DNA of 64,000 nt from Cystobasidiomycetes sp. EMM_F5. Taxonomy: Eukaryota. The notes under the pieces were generated by a model. It saw only the letters and a list, made by a program, of their open reading frames with translations, made no database searches and had not been told where the DNA came from. Of this stretch, positions 13,134 to 28,373 are shown one piece after another. How positions within the stretch are numbered: position 1 is the stretch's first letter; every line of letters starts with the position of its first letter. The stretch is from assembly GCA_051047955.1 (NCBI GenBank), contig JBPGPT010000041.1:1-64000 (forward strand), read 5' to 3'. Made by a program: the position numbers and the translations under genes.

Positions 13134-13809
13134 GTCTGGCGATAAAGTCGGGATCCCGAGACGAGCGAGTGGAGCTTTTGGCTGGGGACGAGCTGGGGCA
13201 GCTGCTGGGTGAGCACTACGACGGCGATGACGGCGGTTGCGATTCCTTTGGAAGCTGCACCATCAAAGTCTTGCGATTGTATGCTTTGCTCCCCGGTCCA
13301 ACGCGTAAAGTGGTGGGGAGGACTGCGAGTCAATGGAAGCGGCAGCAGTCACTGGCAGTCTTCATTGTATTGCAGCAACATCAGCAATATCAGGCTTGTC
13401 CAGCTTTTTGGCAGGTTGCAATCCCGCAAAGGTCGAGGGAGCTCGGTGAAGTTGCTGTCCCGCGTGTTCAAAGGACGCAAATCGGTAATGGTTGTCAGTC
13501 ACGGAAAACATTAGACATGGGCAATTACTGCTTCGTTATCTTCATTGCAACAAGTTATTGACAACACCACGTATCGCTGCTCGTACTGGACTGAAAGAGA
13601 GAAAATAAGATGGCCGCTACATGCTCAAGAGGCCGAAAACAGACTGCACGTCCGGAACAGCAGACGCGCAGCTTGGAGTAGACGGATAGAATTGCCAATA
13701 GTCTTGAATAGGCTTGAATGAAATATCGAATTGGATATGAGAAATGGTTGCATTTGGGTAGATGCGGGCTAGATGTATATATAGCACAGCGGAGCCATGG
13801 CATCGCAAG

Positions 13810-16800
13810 TCAGTGCCTTGACACTGCAGACGCCTTTCTTTCCTTTTCGGCATTGTAACGTTCCAGTGCACGGCGGACCATGCTCAATTCGCTCGAACGG
13901 GCGTTGCACTCGTCCACCATCCGCTTGAGATCGGTAGGCGAGACTGTCGGTTTGTGCGAAGACGCAAGAGCCTTGCCGACCTTTTCAATCTTTGCAAAGA
14001 GCTCGTCGTAGGTAGGGTGGAGCTCATCAATGTACCGGCCGCTATAGTACTCAAAGTCCGTGTCTGATCGTATCGTGACTTCTCGTAGCGCAGCATAGAT
14101 CTTGTACGTCGAGACGGAGATGCTGTATGGACTGTCGTCCCTCCTACTGCTACTGCTCTCGTCTCGCTTGCTGTTGCCGTTCGTATAAGCAGATACTGGC
14201 GTCTGTGCTCGAGACGCATTTGGCGTCCCTTTGGCTGACGAGTCTCTGACCTTGCCATTCGCAGCCGCCAGTTGTGCTGTACGACCCTTTTTGAACGAGG
14301 GCAAGCCGTCTTTATCGAGTTTGGCGGGTTTCTCTTCCTCGATCACAGGATCCTGCACATCAGTACGCATCAAAGCACGGACATGTGATGTAGCAGGCTG
14401 GGCCGACGAAGCGACAGCTTTTCTAGCCGTCGATCTTCCACGAAAACTAATCTCGCCGTCTTCAAATTCGCCCTCTTCGTATTCCGTCGGAGCTGCCGTC
14501 GACGGGTCGACAGTCTCGAAGTCTGATTCTGCACCTTCTGCATCCTCATCTTCGCCTTCAGAAGACGTAAAGACGAGCATCTCGCGCTTCTTCTTCGTTC
14601 CAACCTTTCCTTTTTCCTTTGCCGCCATAGATGACGCCGTCTTGGCTTTCTTTGTACCATTCTCCACGCCGGATGACCGTTCATCATCATCGCTCGCTTT
14701 TCGTTTTCTATCGTCCTTGACGTCTCGCGCAGACATGCGAGCGACAGGAGCGGTAGATGAACTCCGTGATGAGGGTAGATGGTCAGGTCTGCGCGTGTTG
14801 AAGTGCATGGAAGCAGGACTGGCCGTTCGGGGAGGTAGAGGCTGTGAAGATTCTCTTGATCGCGGTGGAGCATTCCTTGATTTACCGTGACCAGACTGCA
14901 AGGCATACGCAACGGTGTCCTCGCTCGGCCTGGCAGGTAACGATGCAGGTAACACCATCTTTGGCCTATTCTGTGGAGCAGCATGCGAGCCAGATTGCCT
15001 AGTCTGTGACGACGTCGACGAAGAAGAGGGTGATACGCCACGAGATGGCGGAGCGGATGGGGCAGTAGACGGTTTCGATGGGAGAGGGTGAAGACCTGAC
15101 GACACTGATGGTGACGGAGCTTTGACAGGAACAGCAAGCGTGACTTCTGGCTTTTCGGCTGGAGGAGTGGTATCTGTAGGGATCACTGCCACTATCGGTG
15201 TCACTGGCTCTGGTACACCGACTGGCTCGCCGTGGTTCACAGACTCCACCTCCGGGGAAGAGGCAGATGCCGCTGGTGAGCTGCCACTAGCATCACTAAG
15301 GACTTCATCAAGCGGAGGAGTAAGGCTGACGACGGGTGCGGACGTATGCGATGCCGCTGTTTGAAGCTGCGATTGCGTCACACTGGCAGATAATGTTGAC
15401 ACAGGCTGTATGGCAGGTAGTGTCGTGACAGGCTGTATGACCGGTGAAGCGGTATGGGATGGCGCTGGCGATCGTTTCGGAATAGCTTTCGACAGACGTG
15501 ACCCGCCTGCGGTCTTTGCAGCTGTTTTCGGGCCGCCTTTCGATGCAACGCTCGGCTTTACAATCACAGGGGAAGGTAGAGGAGCAGCTGCTGTTGCTGT
15601 TGCAGGAATTGTCGGCTGCACTACGGCAATTGGAGCATCAGCCTCGGTCTTTTGCCGTTTCGTTGATGGCGGAGAGCCATGTACGATCGTTGTTGGAGCT
15701 TTCCGTTTCGGCGGAGAGGGAGAGCGGGAAGAAGACGAAGAAGCGGACTCTTCGGATGATTCGCGAAGTCTCTGCACGACGGGTGGTGAAGCAGGCTTTG
15801 GCGCAATCGGAGCTACTGACACTGGTGGTAGCGGAGGTGTGGGTTCTCCGATCGGTGAGATTGACGCTTTCGCTTTCGTGCCTTTCGTCTTTGTCGTCTT
15901 CACTGCAGAAGTCTTCTTTGCGGCAGCTTTGGTTGGAGGTTTAGATGGTGCGGGTTTAGATACTACCGGGCCAGGTTGTGTCTGCTGAAGTGGGATGGTT
16001 GGAGGTTCGAAGGCAGTCTTGACGGGAGACGCAACACGCTGAGCCAGCGGTGCAGCATCCGTGTCATCATCAGATTCTGAAGCCGAAGCGAGATCATCTA
16101 CATCGCGCTTCGGTTCATAGTACCTTCTCTGCTGCATCGGTCTCGCAATCGGAGGATTCGAGACGCTCGACACGGTCGTTGCATTTGTGCTTGTTGAGAG
16201 GTTTGTAGAGTTGGAAAAGGAAGAATGTGATGAAGTTGATGATGTAGAAGAAGCCATTCGCGCAGCTTCAGCTAGAGCCGCAGCTTTTGCTTTTGCCTCC
16301 TCTTCGGCCTTGACAGTCGCTACATGCGCAGCTTGAGCTCGTTGCCGAAGCAGCTGTTCAGCGTGGATCCGGGCAGTCTGCTCAGATACCTCCTTCTCCT
16401 TCTTTCCCATCAGGCCTTTGGCTGCTTCACTCGCTATCAAACGACTGGGCGCCCTGGTCGCAGCGGCGCCTAGTAAAGGTGACCTGCCAGCCGGAGATGC
16501 TGTTCGTTTGGTGTTTGTAGCTGAAGTAGGTTTGAGAAGAGGAGAGCCTGGGGGAAGATGAATGTCAGTATGAAACGACAGAGCAACGGTCCACCATGCG
16601 ACTCACTAGTCACGCTGGCCGCCTTCTTCCCTTTTCCCTTTCCATTCTTTCCTGCCACCGACAGCATACTCTCGTCGTCGACCACAACGACTCTCCTAGC
16701 CTCCTTTTGCTTTTCGAGCTCTGCATTCCGTTCGCGCAGTCGTTCATTCATGTTTGCAGCCGTCTTTTCGCGGGGCACGCTCCTCTTTGCTGTCGGTATA

Positions 16801-17478
16801 TTCGCCGACTGGTACACGTGATGAGGGGTGCTGGTTGCGAGCAGGTAGAGTAGACCCGTCAGTGCGCTTGTTGCACTTGCAGACGGACTGGTCGCTTCGC
16901 CTGGATATCGTGCCTGTTTGGATGCGGAGTTGCCGGGGACGCTCTTGAGCGAGAGAATGTCAGTCGTCGATGCGGTAGACGTTCCCTCGAGCTTGTTGAG
17001 AGCATAGCTCGACTCTCCGACGACAAGTGCCTGGAAGGGTAGTCCATTCGTAGCCGATCAGTCGTTTAAATGCGACGTGTAAATGGGTGGGGTCGGAATG
17101 TGAGTAGGTACAGTCAGACTGCGCATACCCACAAATATACACCGTCACAGAATACAAACTCACACTCGGAGTGAGCCCCCTGCCCGATTCAAGCAGGTCG
17201 AGCTGGAGTGCCGCTTGTTTGCCGGGAGGAGGAGCACTGTACGCTGCTCTGAGCTGACCGAGTGCAGCCTCAGACAGGCGCATGTAGATTGGGGGAGGGG
17301 TCTTGTTGGGGTTCCCCTCTGCCAGTCTTGCTGGGATGCTGAGATTACTGACATTGCCGCAATTGTTCGAGTTGCCGTTTGCCAGGCGGGGCGTTGAAGA
17401 CGACGACGACGAGGAGGAGGATATTGCAGCACCCAGTCCTGGCGCTGGGGCTACTCTGAATGATCCTGGGGGGAGCAT
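13810..17478 (-). CDS. Large low-complexity nuclear protein, possibly ELL/occludin-domain elongation factor-like
   Basis: ORFs 16960-17478, 16470-16817 and 13810-16440 join through GT-AG introns. The C-terminal helical segment IRSDTDFEYYSGRYIDELHPTYDELF...ELSMVRRALERY resembles Occludin_ELL (inference). Confidence 0.5.
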
Positions 17479-17770
17479 GGTTGGCTTGAAATGCTATCGA
17501 CTATCGGGTATTGGATATCTTGCAATTGACTGCGATGAGTGTCGACGTCGATGTGATATAATGTGATGTCCTGCTCGCACTCTGGTCGTCCACTGCCAAC
17601 CCTTGCACCATCCCAGAGTCACTATCAACAGCCCGCTCGCCATGCATGAATGTCCTGCATGAATTGTGTGAATGGCAAGGCGGGTCGCAATATAGAAGTA
17701 CACAAATCATTGACATTGTTATTGACATTGATATTGGGTTAATAGTCGCAACGACATGGTTATATCTCCC

Positions 17771-19134
17771 TCACACCTCACCCATCACTTCATTCAGAAT
17801 CTGACTGACGCGAACTGCGGGGAAGGTGGAGTAAACCAACAGTCAGCAACGATAGACGTAGACGATAAGAACTACCCACGAGCCATCTCGCGCACACTCT
17901 CCCTCTCTCGCTCGTCCACAACTCTGGCCAGATACCTCTCAAACCGGTCTGGATGGTAGGCCAGAACCGCCGTCCGAACTGCCAGTCTTCGCTTCTTGCG
18001 ATACACATCCTCTCCATCCTTCCCCATTGAAAGATGCGCAACCAGGAAATCCAACACACTCGCCTTTGACAGTTCCCCACCAGCTTGCTTCGACACAGGC
18101 CATGGGAAATCGTGCATTCTCAGGTTCCCACCCTTGGCATCCGTCAAGCGAGACCAGGCATTCTGATACTCTTCTCGCGTCTTGACGAGCCCTTGCTGCG
18201 TTTTCCGCTTGGCTCGCTCTTCAAGCTGGCGGATACGTTCTTCTTCCAGTGCCCTCGTCCGCGCAATGTTTTCAGCGTGCCGTTTCGCCTTTTCTTTGCG
18301 CAGCTTCTCAAGCTCCTCCTGTCGTGCAAGCTCTTCACGCCGAGTACGCCGAAACATGCCGCGTCGGATGTGTTCTGCATATCTGCATGAAACTGCTCTA
18401 TTAGCACGTTGTACAAGTACAATATAACTACATCGAACGCACTCTTCGTCCGTCATGGCTTCCTTGAAGATGACTCTGTTGATGATTGCTCCAGTGACTG
18501 GATCGACATACCTATCATCATACACGCCCGTCGTTCCAAAACGTCTTTGATCTGGCATGTCCCGCTCGCGATAGTCAAAGCAGAGTCCGGCATTACTCGC
18601 TGCCGTAGAATATGGATCAAACCCTTCGTCATCGCGCATTGCCGAAAAGAGCTTTTCGCGAAACTGATGTTCGTCGTGTTGAGTGTCGTAATCTGTGTGT
18701 CGTTTGTGCGAGGAGGACGGCGGGAGACGGGATTCGTCGTCGTCGTCATTGTACGAGTACGGAACGTAGGGTCGGTCTTTACTCGGTCGCGGAGGGACGT
18801 AGGCATCGGAATCGGCGTCTTCGTCGCCATCCTGACCAGTCGTACGTCGTAAGGATGGCTCCGGGGATGGTTCAAAGTACCTCGAAGGACCAGGTTTGGA
18901 TTGATGGCTGCGTTTTGCTCGGCGTTGTTCTCGTTGTTCTCGCTTCAAGCGTCTAGCTCGTCGACGCTCCTCGTCCACATCACTTTCACCGTCCGAGGAA
19001 TAGCGACGTCGTCTTTGTCGTCTCTCACCCTCGCCGTCTCCCGTTCCTCGACGCCGGTCACTCTCAGTTTGCTTCATCCGAAGCTTGCCAGCTCTTTTGG
19101 CAGCGGCATCGACGACATCAGCGCTGCCTGCCAT
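17771..19134 (-). CDS. NFKBIL1-like protein (Arg/Glu-rich, C-terminal FPWP...HPDRF domain)
   Basis: MAGSADVV...EAMTDEE|YAEHIRRGMF...FPWPV...AVLAYHPDRFE...EMALRVSQILNEVMGEV*. Confidence 0.65.
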
Positions 19135-19274
19135 AGTAGCATTATGGAGGCATCGTTCAATTAAAATCAAGTATCCAAGTTGCGAGTTGCGAGTTGAAGC
19201 AAAGTCAACGTTGAATAGCCGTTTGCGACTTGGTTTAGAGTCAATCAGACGATAATTCGAATATACAAGCAGCC

Positions 19275-20698
19275 ATGGCAGACAAGTGAGTGCAACCATA
19301 CGACGTATACGATGCAAGGTGTCCCTGCTCACATTGTCCGCTCCTTTCTTTCGCAGAAAACAGCGACTCGTCTACTCGGTCCTCGAGTTTCTCCAGGCTT
19401 CAATGTCGGACGGTAGCATAAAGGACGACGACAAGGAGAGTATGGAGGTTGCCAGTGAGTGCGGTGGAGATTGTGTCTGAACTGCCGGTTTGGACGGCTG
19501 ATTGGGTTGCGCGTCGCTCTATTCCATAACACACCTACGTGTTCCTGCCTCCCCGTCGCCCAACTAATCGCATAATCATATCCCAGTCCAGTGCATCGGC
19601 GAGGCTTTCTCCATCGACTTGGACAATGAAGCGCAAAAGTCTCAGCTGTCCGTCAAGCCCGCGACCCTCACACAGATATTTGATGTGTACCTCAAGACTG
19701 AAGCGAAGCGGACGTCTACTGGGTCATCATCCTCCACTCCCACGTCTGCTGCAAATACTTCTGCATCATCATCAAAGACACCAAAGCCGTCCTCTTCCTC
19801 TGCTCCCTCCGCAGCCGATAAAGCAGCAGCGGAAAAGCTCAAGGGCGAAGGCAACTCGCTCATGTCACACAAGAATTATGCAGCTGCCATCGAAAAATAC
19901 ACGCAGGCTATCGCCAAAGACGGCGTGAATCCAGTCTACTACTCCAACAGAGCAGCTGCACATTCCCAAGCGGGAGACCACCAGAAAGCAATCGACGATG
20001 CAAACCAGGCAAAGGAGATTGATCCAAACTTTGCAAAGGCTTATTCCAGACTGGGACACGCATACTTTTCTCTAGCGAGGTATAGCGAAGCGGTAGAGGC
20101 GTACGAGAAGGGTGTCGAACTAGATCCCAGCGTGAGCCGTCTTGCTTCACAAGCATTCTGTTCCAAGTACAAACGGCTGACGTATGGGTCTCCTTTCTCA
20201 ACAGAACGCCTCTATGAAAGGCTCGCTCAATACCGCTAAAGCCAAGCTAACAGAGGATGGTGATGAGGATGCCGATGACACCATTGCATCCACGGGTCCA
20301 TCCCAGTCCGCCCGCGGCGGTGGAGGAGGTAATCCTTTCGCTGGACTTGCTGGGCTTGGCGGAGGAGGAGGAGGCATGCCGGACCTTTCGTCCATTCTCA
20401 ACAACCCGCAGATGATGCAAATGGCTCAATCCATGATGGCGTGCGTGGTCATTCAGCCATTTCAATCTAAATAATACTGATGTGATTGTTCAGAAATGGA
20501 GGCATGGAACGCATGATGAACAATCCAGCTATCCGCAGCATGGCAGAACGGTTCTCGTCTGGAGGTGGAATGCCAAACATGGCAGACATGATGAATGATC
20601 CTTCCATTCGTCAGATGGCAGAGCAATTCGGTGGAGCAGGTCGAGGTGCCGGCAGAGGTCAGGGAGGCAGTGGCAATAATAGCGATATGTATTCGTAG
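19275..20698 (+). CDS. SGT2: Small glutamine-rich TPR co-chaperone Sgt2
   Basis: N-terminal dimerisation domain (KQRLVYSVLEFL...ESMEVAIQCIGEAF), TPR repeats (AEKLKGEGN...VYYSNRAAAH...KAYSRLGHA) and a Met/Asn-Pro-rich STI1-like tail. Confidence 0.95.
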
Positions 20699-20850
20699 AT
20701 CGTCTGATGCGATTGCATCCTGTTATTCTTTTGCAAATAAACACAGCGTTTTTCACCGATACATATGATAGATGTAATGAATGTGAGATTTATTGTCTAC
20801 TGATAGTGTACCATACGCTAACACCTTTTGGGTGCCACCAGCTTCAAAGC

Positions 20851-21647
20851 TTAAGCTGAGGTAGCATTGGCAGCCGTAGTGGCATTCATGACCATTGTGT
20901 AGTTTTGAGACGCCAGGAAGTAGTTTCCAGCAATAGGTTGACCGGCGGCAGCAACGGTAGAAGTCAAGCTAAAGTTTGCACGGAGCGTGTTGTTGGTCGC
21001 AACGCTAGTGTACACAGCCGGTACGGAGTAGTTGGCAGGTTGACGGAACAGGAAGAAGGCATAGTTGTGCGGCAAAGAATCGGTAGCGGGTGGTGCTGGA
21101 CCTTGGTATGGCGCAGGTCCGATGGATGAACCAGCGGCTGGTGCCAAGCTGCCATTGGCAGACATGGTCAGGTTGGTCTGCCACCAGCTGTAAAGAGGTA
21201 AGCGTTAACAAGCGTGACTTGCCACTCGCGTCTTTGCAGCTCACTGGAGTCGTGTTCCACGGCCATTCAGACCCATAGCGACACTCGAGGCAGTAGCATT
21301 GGCCCCGATGCTGGTCAATGGCAGACTCAGGTCAATCATGTACAATTGGTACAAGTTGGCGGCTGTCGCATTGGTCGAATTTGCTGCAGTCGCGTTAGCA
21401 GCTGTATAAGCTACCAGAGGCTGAGATGCAACGCCTGCACGCAATGAAAGCATAAGCTTCGCTCGAGGCTGATTGTTTAATATTTATTCTTACTTGAAGG
21501 TGGGAAGCGCATGCCAGGCATCACGCTTGTGCTATTGTACGTAACGCGCAGCGTAGCATTGGCCATTGGCATAAAGCCAGCAGGTGACTGAGCGACCGTG
21601 CTGACAACAGCGGCCGAAAGAGCGGCCAGAGTAGCAATGAACTTCAT
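20851..21647 (-). CDS. Secreted phosphatidylethanolamine-binding protein (PEBP family)
   Basis: Signal peptide MKFIATLAALSAAVVSTVAQSP, YQLYMIDL and PYQGPAPPATDSLPHNYAFFLFRQP (PEBP motif); many N-glycosylation sequons. Confidence 0.8.
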
Positions 21648-21982
21648 CTTGACTTGTTTGTGACTGGCAGTGATTGTAGGCTTATGGAGACCGGGTATAC
21701 TTTGCGGTAAGCGGCGAAGAAGCTCGGTCTTGGAAAGCAGCTGATGGGAGGGGAGGAAAGGCAAAAGCTCCAGCAGACTTGACCAGAACGGATCTTCACG
21801 TTTCTGATTGGGAAAGCCTTGGCACCGCCTGCAGCTCCATTATGAATTTGTATTAATCTTCCCGCGTTTCCCGCAGTTGCCCGTTTCGAACTTTCTCATT
21901 TGCGAAACGTCACTGGTGCCTAGGCCGAAGCCGCAGCCGAAGCCGATGTGGCAAAACCTGGCTGCATAGAAGAAAAACGATG

Positions 21983-25112
<3,130 letters not shown>

Positions 25113-25389
25113 GATACGCGTTGTTGCGCATGGTACGCACAGGCAAAAGCCATTTTTTGAGTATGCGCGCGGCCCGCAGGAAAGGCAAAAGATTTGCAGA
25201 GTCTTTGCGCTCCAAATGGTATTGTGCGGCATGCCCTGTCACGATCGGTGTTGCAGTGGATCTTCGTTCAGTCGGATTTCAAACGCACCTATGGCAACGC
25301 CTGCATTCAAAACTCAACTTCAATCTCTCGACCGATCTTCACACGGCGACAAATGAGATTGACACCCGCTCTCCCGCCAGACTGCATTG

Positions 25390-26021
25390 CTCCGCGCATC
25401 ATGCTGCCTGCTTAACGCATACTTGTATTATCCGTCCAAAATCTGAGCATGCGAAAGATAGGCGTCGTTTCCGGCTGACTCCCATATCGACTAATAACAC
25501 AATTGCGGCATTCCATCTGCTTGCTGGTCTATATTTCACTGGGTCTGCCTGACCGCCCTGGTAGACGGATCATTTTTGATTTTACAGACGAACTTCTGCG
25601 GAGAAATCAATGCGAACTACGCTGTGTCAGACTGGGCCCCTACACGAACAAGAGTGTATAAGATGCGCAAAGCCTATCATATCCACAGATCCTGAATCCT
25701 TCACCTCTCGAACAGTCCAGAGTACTTCTTGCCTGTCAGATCTCCCCAATCTCCGAAAGAACAACGGAGAGACGCCCAAGAAGACTCAGCAGAATTACAT
25801 AATGAGCAGCGCGAGCGTTGTCATCACATTCTGAGGATACTTGGACCGTGAATAGCCTGCCTCGTGCGTGCTCCGGCTGTCAAGACGGCATTGCATCACC
25901 TGAAGGCCGCCTCGTACCTTCTATGAAGGACTGCCGCAAATATCATACAGAGCAATGTGAGCGAGTTCTCCGCGGAAAATTGATACTTTGGCCGTGAGTA
26001 GCTTGCTTCGTGCTTGCTCCG
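25390..26021 (+). repeat. ~630-bp duplicated segment, copy A (upstream flank, exon 1 and start of intron 1 of the split tRNA-Ser)
   Basis: Aligns by eye, with scattered substitutions and small indels, to the reverse complement of 31942-32568. Confidence 0.9.
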
Positions 26022-26233
26022 TCCTTTCATCAGTGAAGCTCGGAGTTTGTCAAAGAAGTTTCCTGAGACGTGATTCCGACTCCAGGAGTGGTTAAGGCGT
26101 ACGCCTGCTATTCGTAGCAAGTTCAGTGTATTCCCTCTGGGAGCGAGAGTTCGAAGTAAGCTTCAAAATCCTGTTCGAGCCTGTCTGGATCCGCAAACCT
26201 TACAAATTGCCCATCACAGCCTCTCAGGTGTCA
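25982..26233 (+). tRNA. tRNA-Ser(GCT) interrupted by two spliceosomal-type GT-AG introns (25994-26085, 26156-26219) and one canonical 14-nt tRNA intron (26111-26124)
   Basis: Joining 25982-25993, 26086-26110, 26125-26155 and 26220-26233 gives the 82-nt GATACTTTGGCCGAGTGGTTAAGGCGTACGCCTGCTAAGTGTATTCCCTCTGGGAGCGAGAGTTCGAACCTCTCAGGTGTCA. Acceptor GATACTT/AGGTGTC, D arm GCC/GGC, anticodon stem TACGC/GTGTA, variable arm TCCC/GGGA, T arm GAGAG-TTCGAAC-CTCTC. Confidence 0.88.
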
Positions 26234-26243
26234 CAAACCAAAC

Positions 26244-26268
26244 TTTTTGACGATCTTTGACCCTTTTT
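26244..26268 (+). terminator. Candidate Pol III oligo-T terminators
   Basis: TTTTT at 26244-26248 (10 nt after the tRNA 3' end) and at 26264-26268. Confidence 0.55.
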
Positions 26269-27174
26269 ACCCGCTGGAGCGTTCAAACCCCCAAGCTGTA
26301 CAAATTTTGGGAATATTGCCGGAATTCTCTCGTTTATGAAAAAAAAAAACCCGGGTCATTGTTTAGTACCGCTTTTTCCACCGTGCGGCGTGGTCAGTGT
26401 TGACATACAAAACGACGTCAATAATGCATCCTGTCCATTTCGCTTGAGGTGAGCGGACGACGCAAATTTTTACAACACCCAATTTCCTGCAGGATGAGTC
26501 AATCAAGTCTTAGATGCCTGTGTAGGATAGCACACCATTCATAGGTAAAGACCAGGCACATTGGCAACCCCACAAAGCACCTCAATAACTGTAACGACCG
26601 CGTGGAGGTACGCCCTATTTTACCAGCATATTTGCCTGCCTCTGAAGTTTGCAAGCCTCAATGTCTAGAAGTGAATGGCAGCTGAACTCTGCGAGACCAA
26701 GAGCGGATACCGATACATGGCCTTCTTACAGGCTCTCTGATGTGAATCCCTTGAAAAGAACGGCTTTTCGCGCATGGAGCCTTTAATGGGTCTTCCATTT
26801 AAAAGAGGGATTCCGCTGCACGTATCGCACATAAAAATCGTCAAATTGTTAGCTGTGATGACTATCATATCAGGATCAGCTTCTGCTACGTATGAATGTC
26901 ATCGGCTAGCTGTTGCGTCAGTACAAGGGAATTTCCCGGGATTTATCAGTGCATCATACGTATGCCTGGGAAAGCAGTAGGAAATTTTAGCATATACTCA
27001 GTGCTCAGCCGTTTATTTAATTCGTCATAGCACGAGTAGTCTGGAGCCCGAGTATTCAAACTATAGCAGAAGCAACACTTCAGCTGCCTGTGATTTGATC
27101 AGTGACGGTCGTACACGTGCTTCGTTCAGAAGCCATTCGCAGCGCAACCTTCTTTCTTCAGCACCATAGCAAGC

Positions 27175-28284
27175 ATGTCCACCGACATGGATCCTGTTCT
27201 CGTTGCCAAAGGCAAAGTGCGAGACATCTACAGTACTTCAGACCCGGAGACGCTGCTCTTCGTGGCTAGCGACCGTGTTTCAGCGTTTGACATAATCATG
27301 AAGAATGTGGGCAACAATGGCCGCTCCTTCAGCCGGAGGGAATCTGATTTCAATGCACAGAGCGTACCCAACAAGGGAAAATTGCTGACATCGCTCAGCA
27401 AGTTCTGGTTCGATAAACTCGGTCACATTCTGCAAAATCACTTTATTACGTCCGACTTGGACAAGATGCCGGAGGGTACGAAGCAATGGGGGTTGAGAAA
27501 CAATAAAGACTTGGAAGGACGGACTATGCTAGTCCGCAAGTGTCAGGTCTTGAAATGCGAAGCCATAGTCAGAGGCTATCTTACTGGCAAGTCCTGACAT
27601 TTTGCATTACATCAGGCGCTTACCCTCGCTACTCGATACTATAGGCTCTGCATATAAGGAATATTTACAAAAAGGCAGCGTTCACGGCATCAAATTACCG
27701 CCAGGCTTGAAGGAGTCTGTTAAGCTAGATCCTCCAATATTTACGCCCTCAACCAAGGCAGATGTTGGCGACAAGGATGAGAACGTCCATCCTGATAGGT
27801 GTACATAAAGTCTTTCTATCCGCCTCGTGAACTTATCGCTTACAAGCCTTACTTGACAGTACCGGAATTGCTGGGTCCAGAATACCAAGACTTAGCATTG
27901 TTGTTGGTACAAAAGGCAATTGAGCTATTCTCGACAGGTGCCAAGCACGCAGAGAAAGCTGGCCTCATCCTTGCCGACACAAAATTTGAGTTTGGCGTCC
28001 TTCCTGCCAGTCACTCTGGTCGATTGGAAGACCGCCTTATTCTGATAGACGAGGTGTTGACTCCAGACTCGTCACGGTATTGGGAGGCAAGCGAATGGGC
28101 AGAGGGGAAGACAATGACTGGGCTCGACAAGCAGGCTCTTCGTGAATGGCTGAAAGCAGGTGGCGGTGGGTTTGGAAAAGAAGGCAAAGACAAGGCAGTG
28201 GAGATACCTCAGGATGTGGTAGGGGAGATTTGGCGGAGATATGTAGAGTGCTACGAGCGCATCACAGGCGACAAGTTCACATAG
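27175..28284 (+). CDS. ADE1: SAICAR synthetase (phosphoribosylaminoimidazole-succinocarboxamide synthase)
   Basis: [64 protein letters not shown] and DKQALR. Confidence 0.97.
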
Positions 28285-28373
28285 CTGCGCCCAATCGATA
28301 AATATACTTTGATGCATGGTTGCGATTTGAACGATACCTTGATGTTTCGTTAACGATCTGAGCCCGAGTCACT

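Noticed and set aside
12386..13561. 391-aa plus-strand ORF
   Set aside because: Antisense to the ankyrin gene and its leader; no recognisable motifs.
25610..25834. Short ORFs in the duplicated segment (also 32161-32430) as a pheromone or transposon gene
   Set aside because: Frames differ between the copies, and there is no CAAX end or transposase motif.
26250..26320. U5 snRNA-like words (CCTTTTTAC, AATTTTGG)
   Set aside because: The loop does not match the invariant GCCTTTTAC and there is no supporting stem; better read as terminator region.
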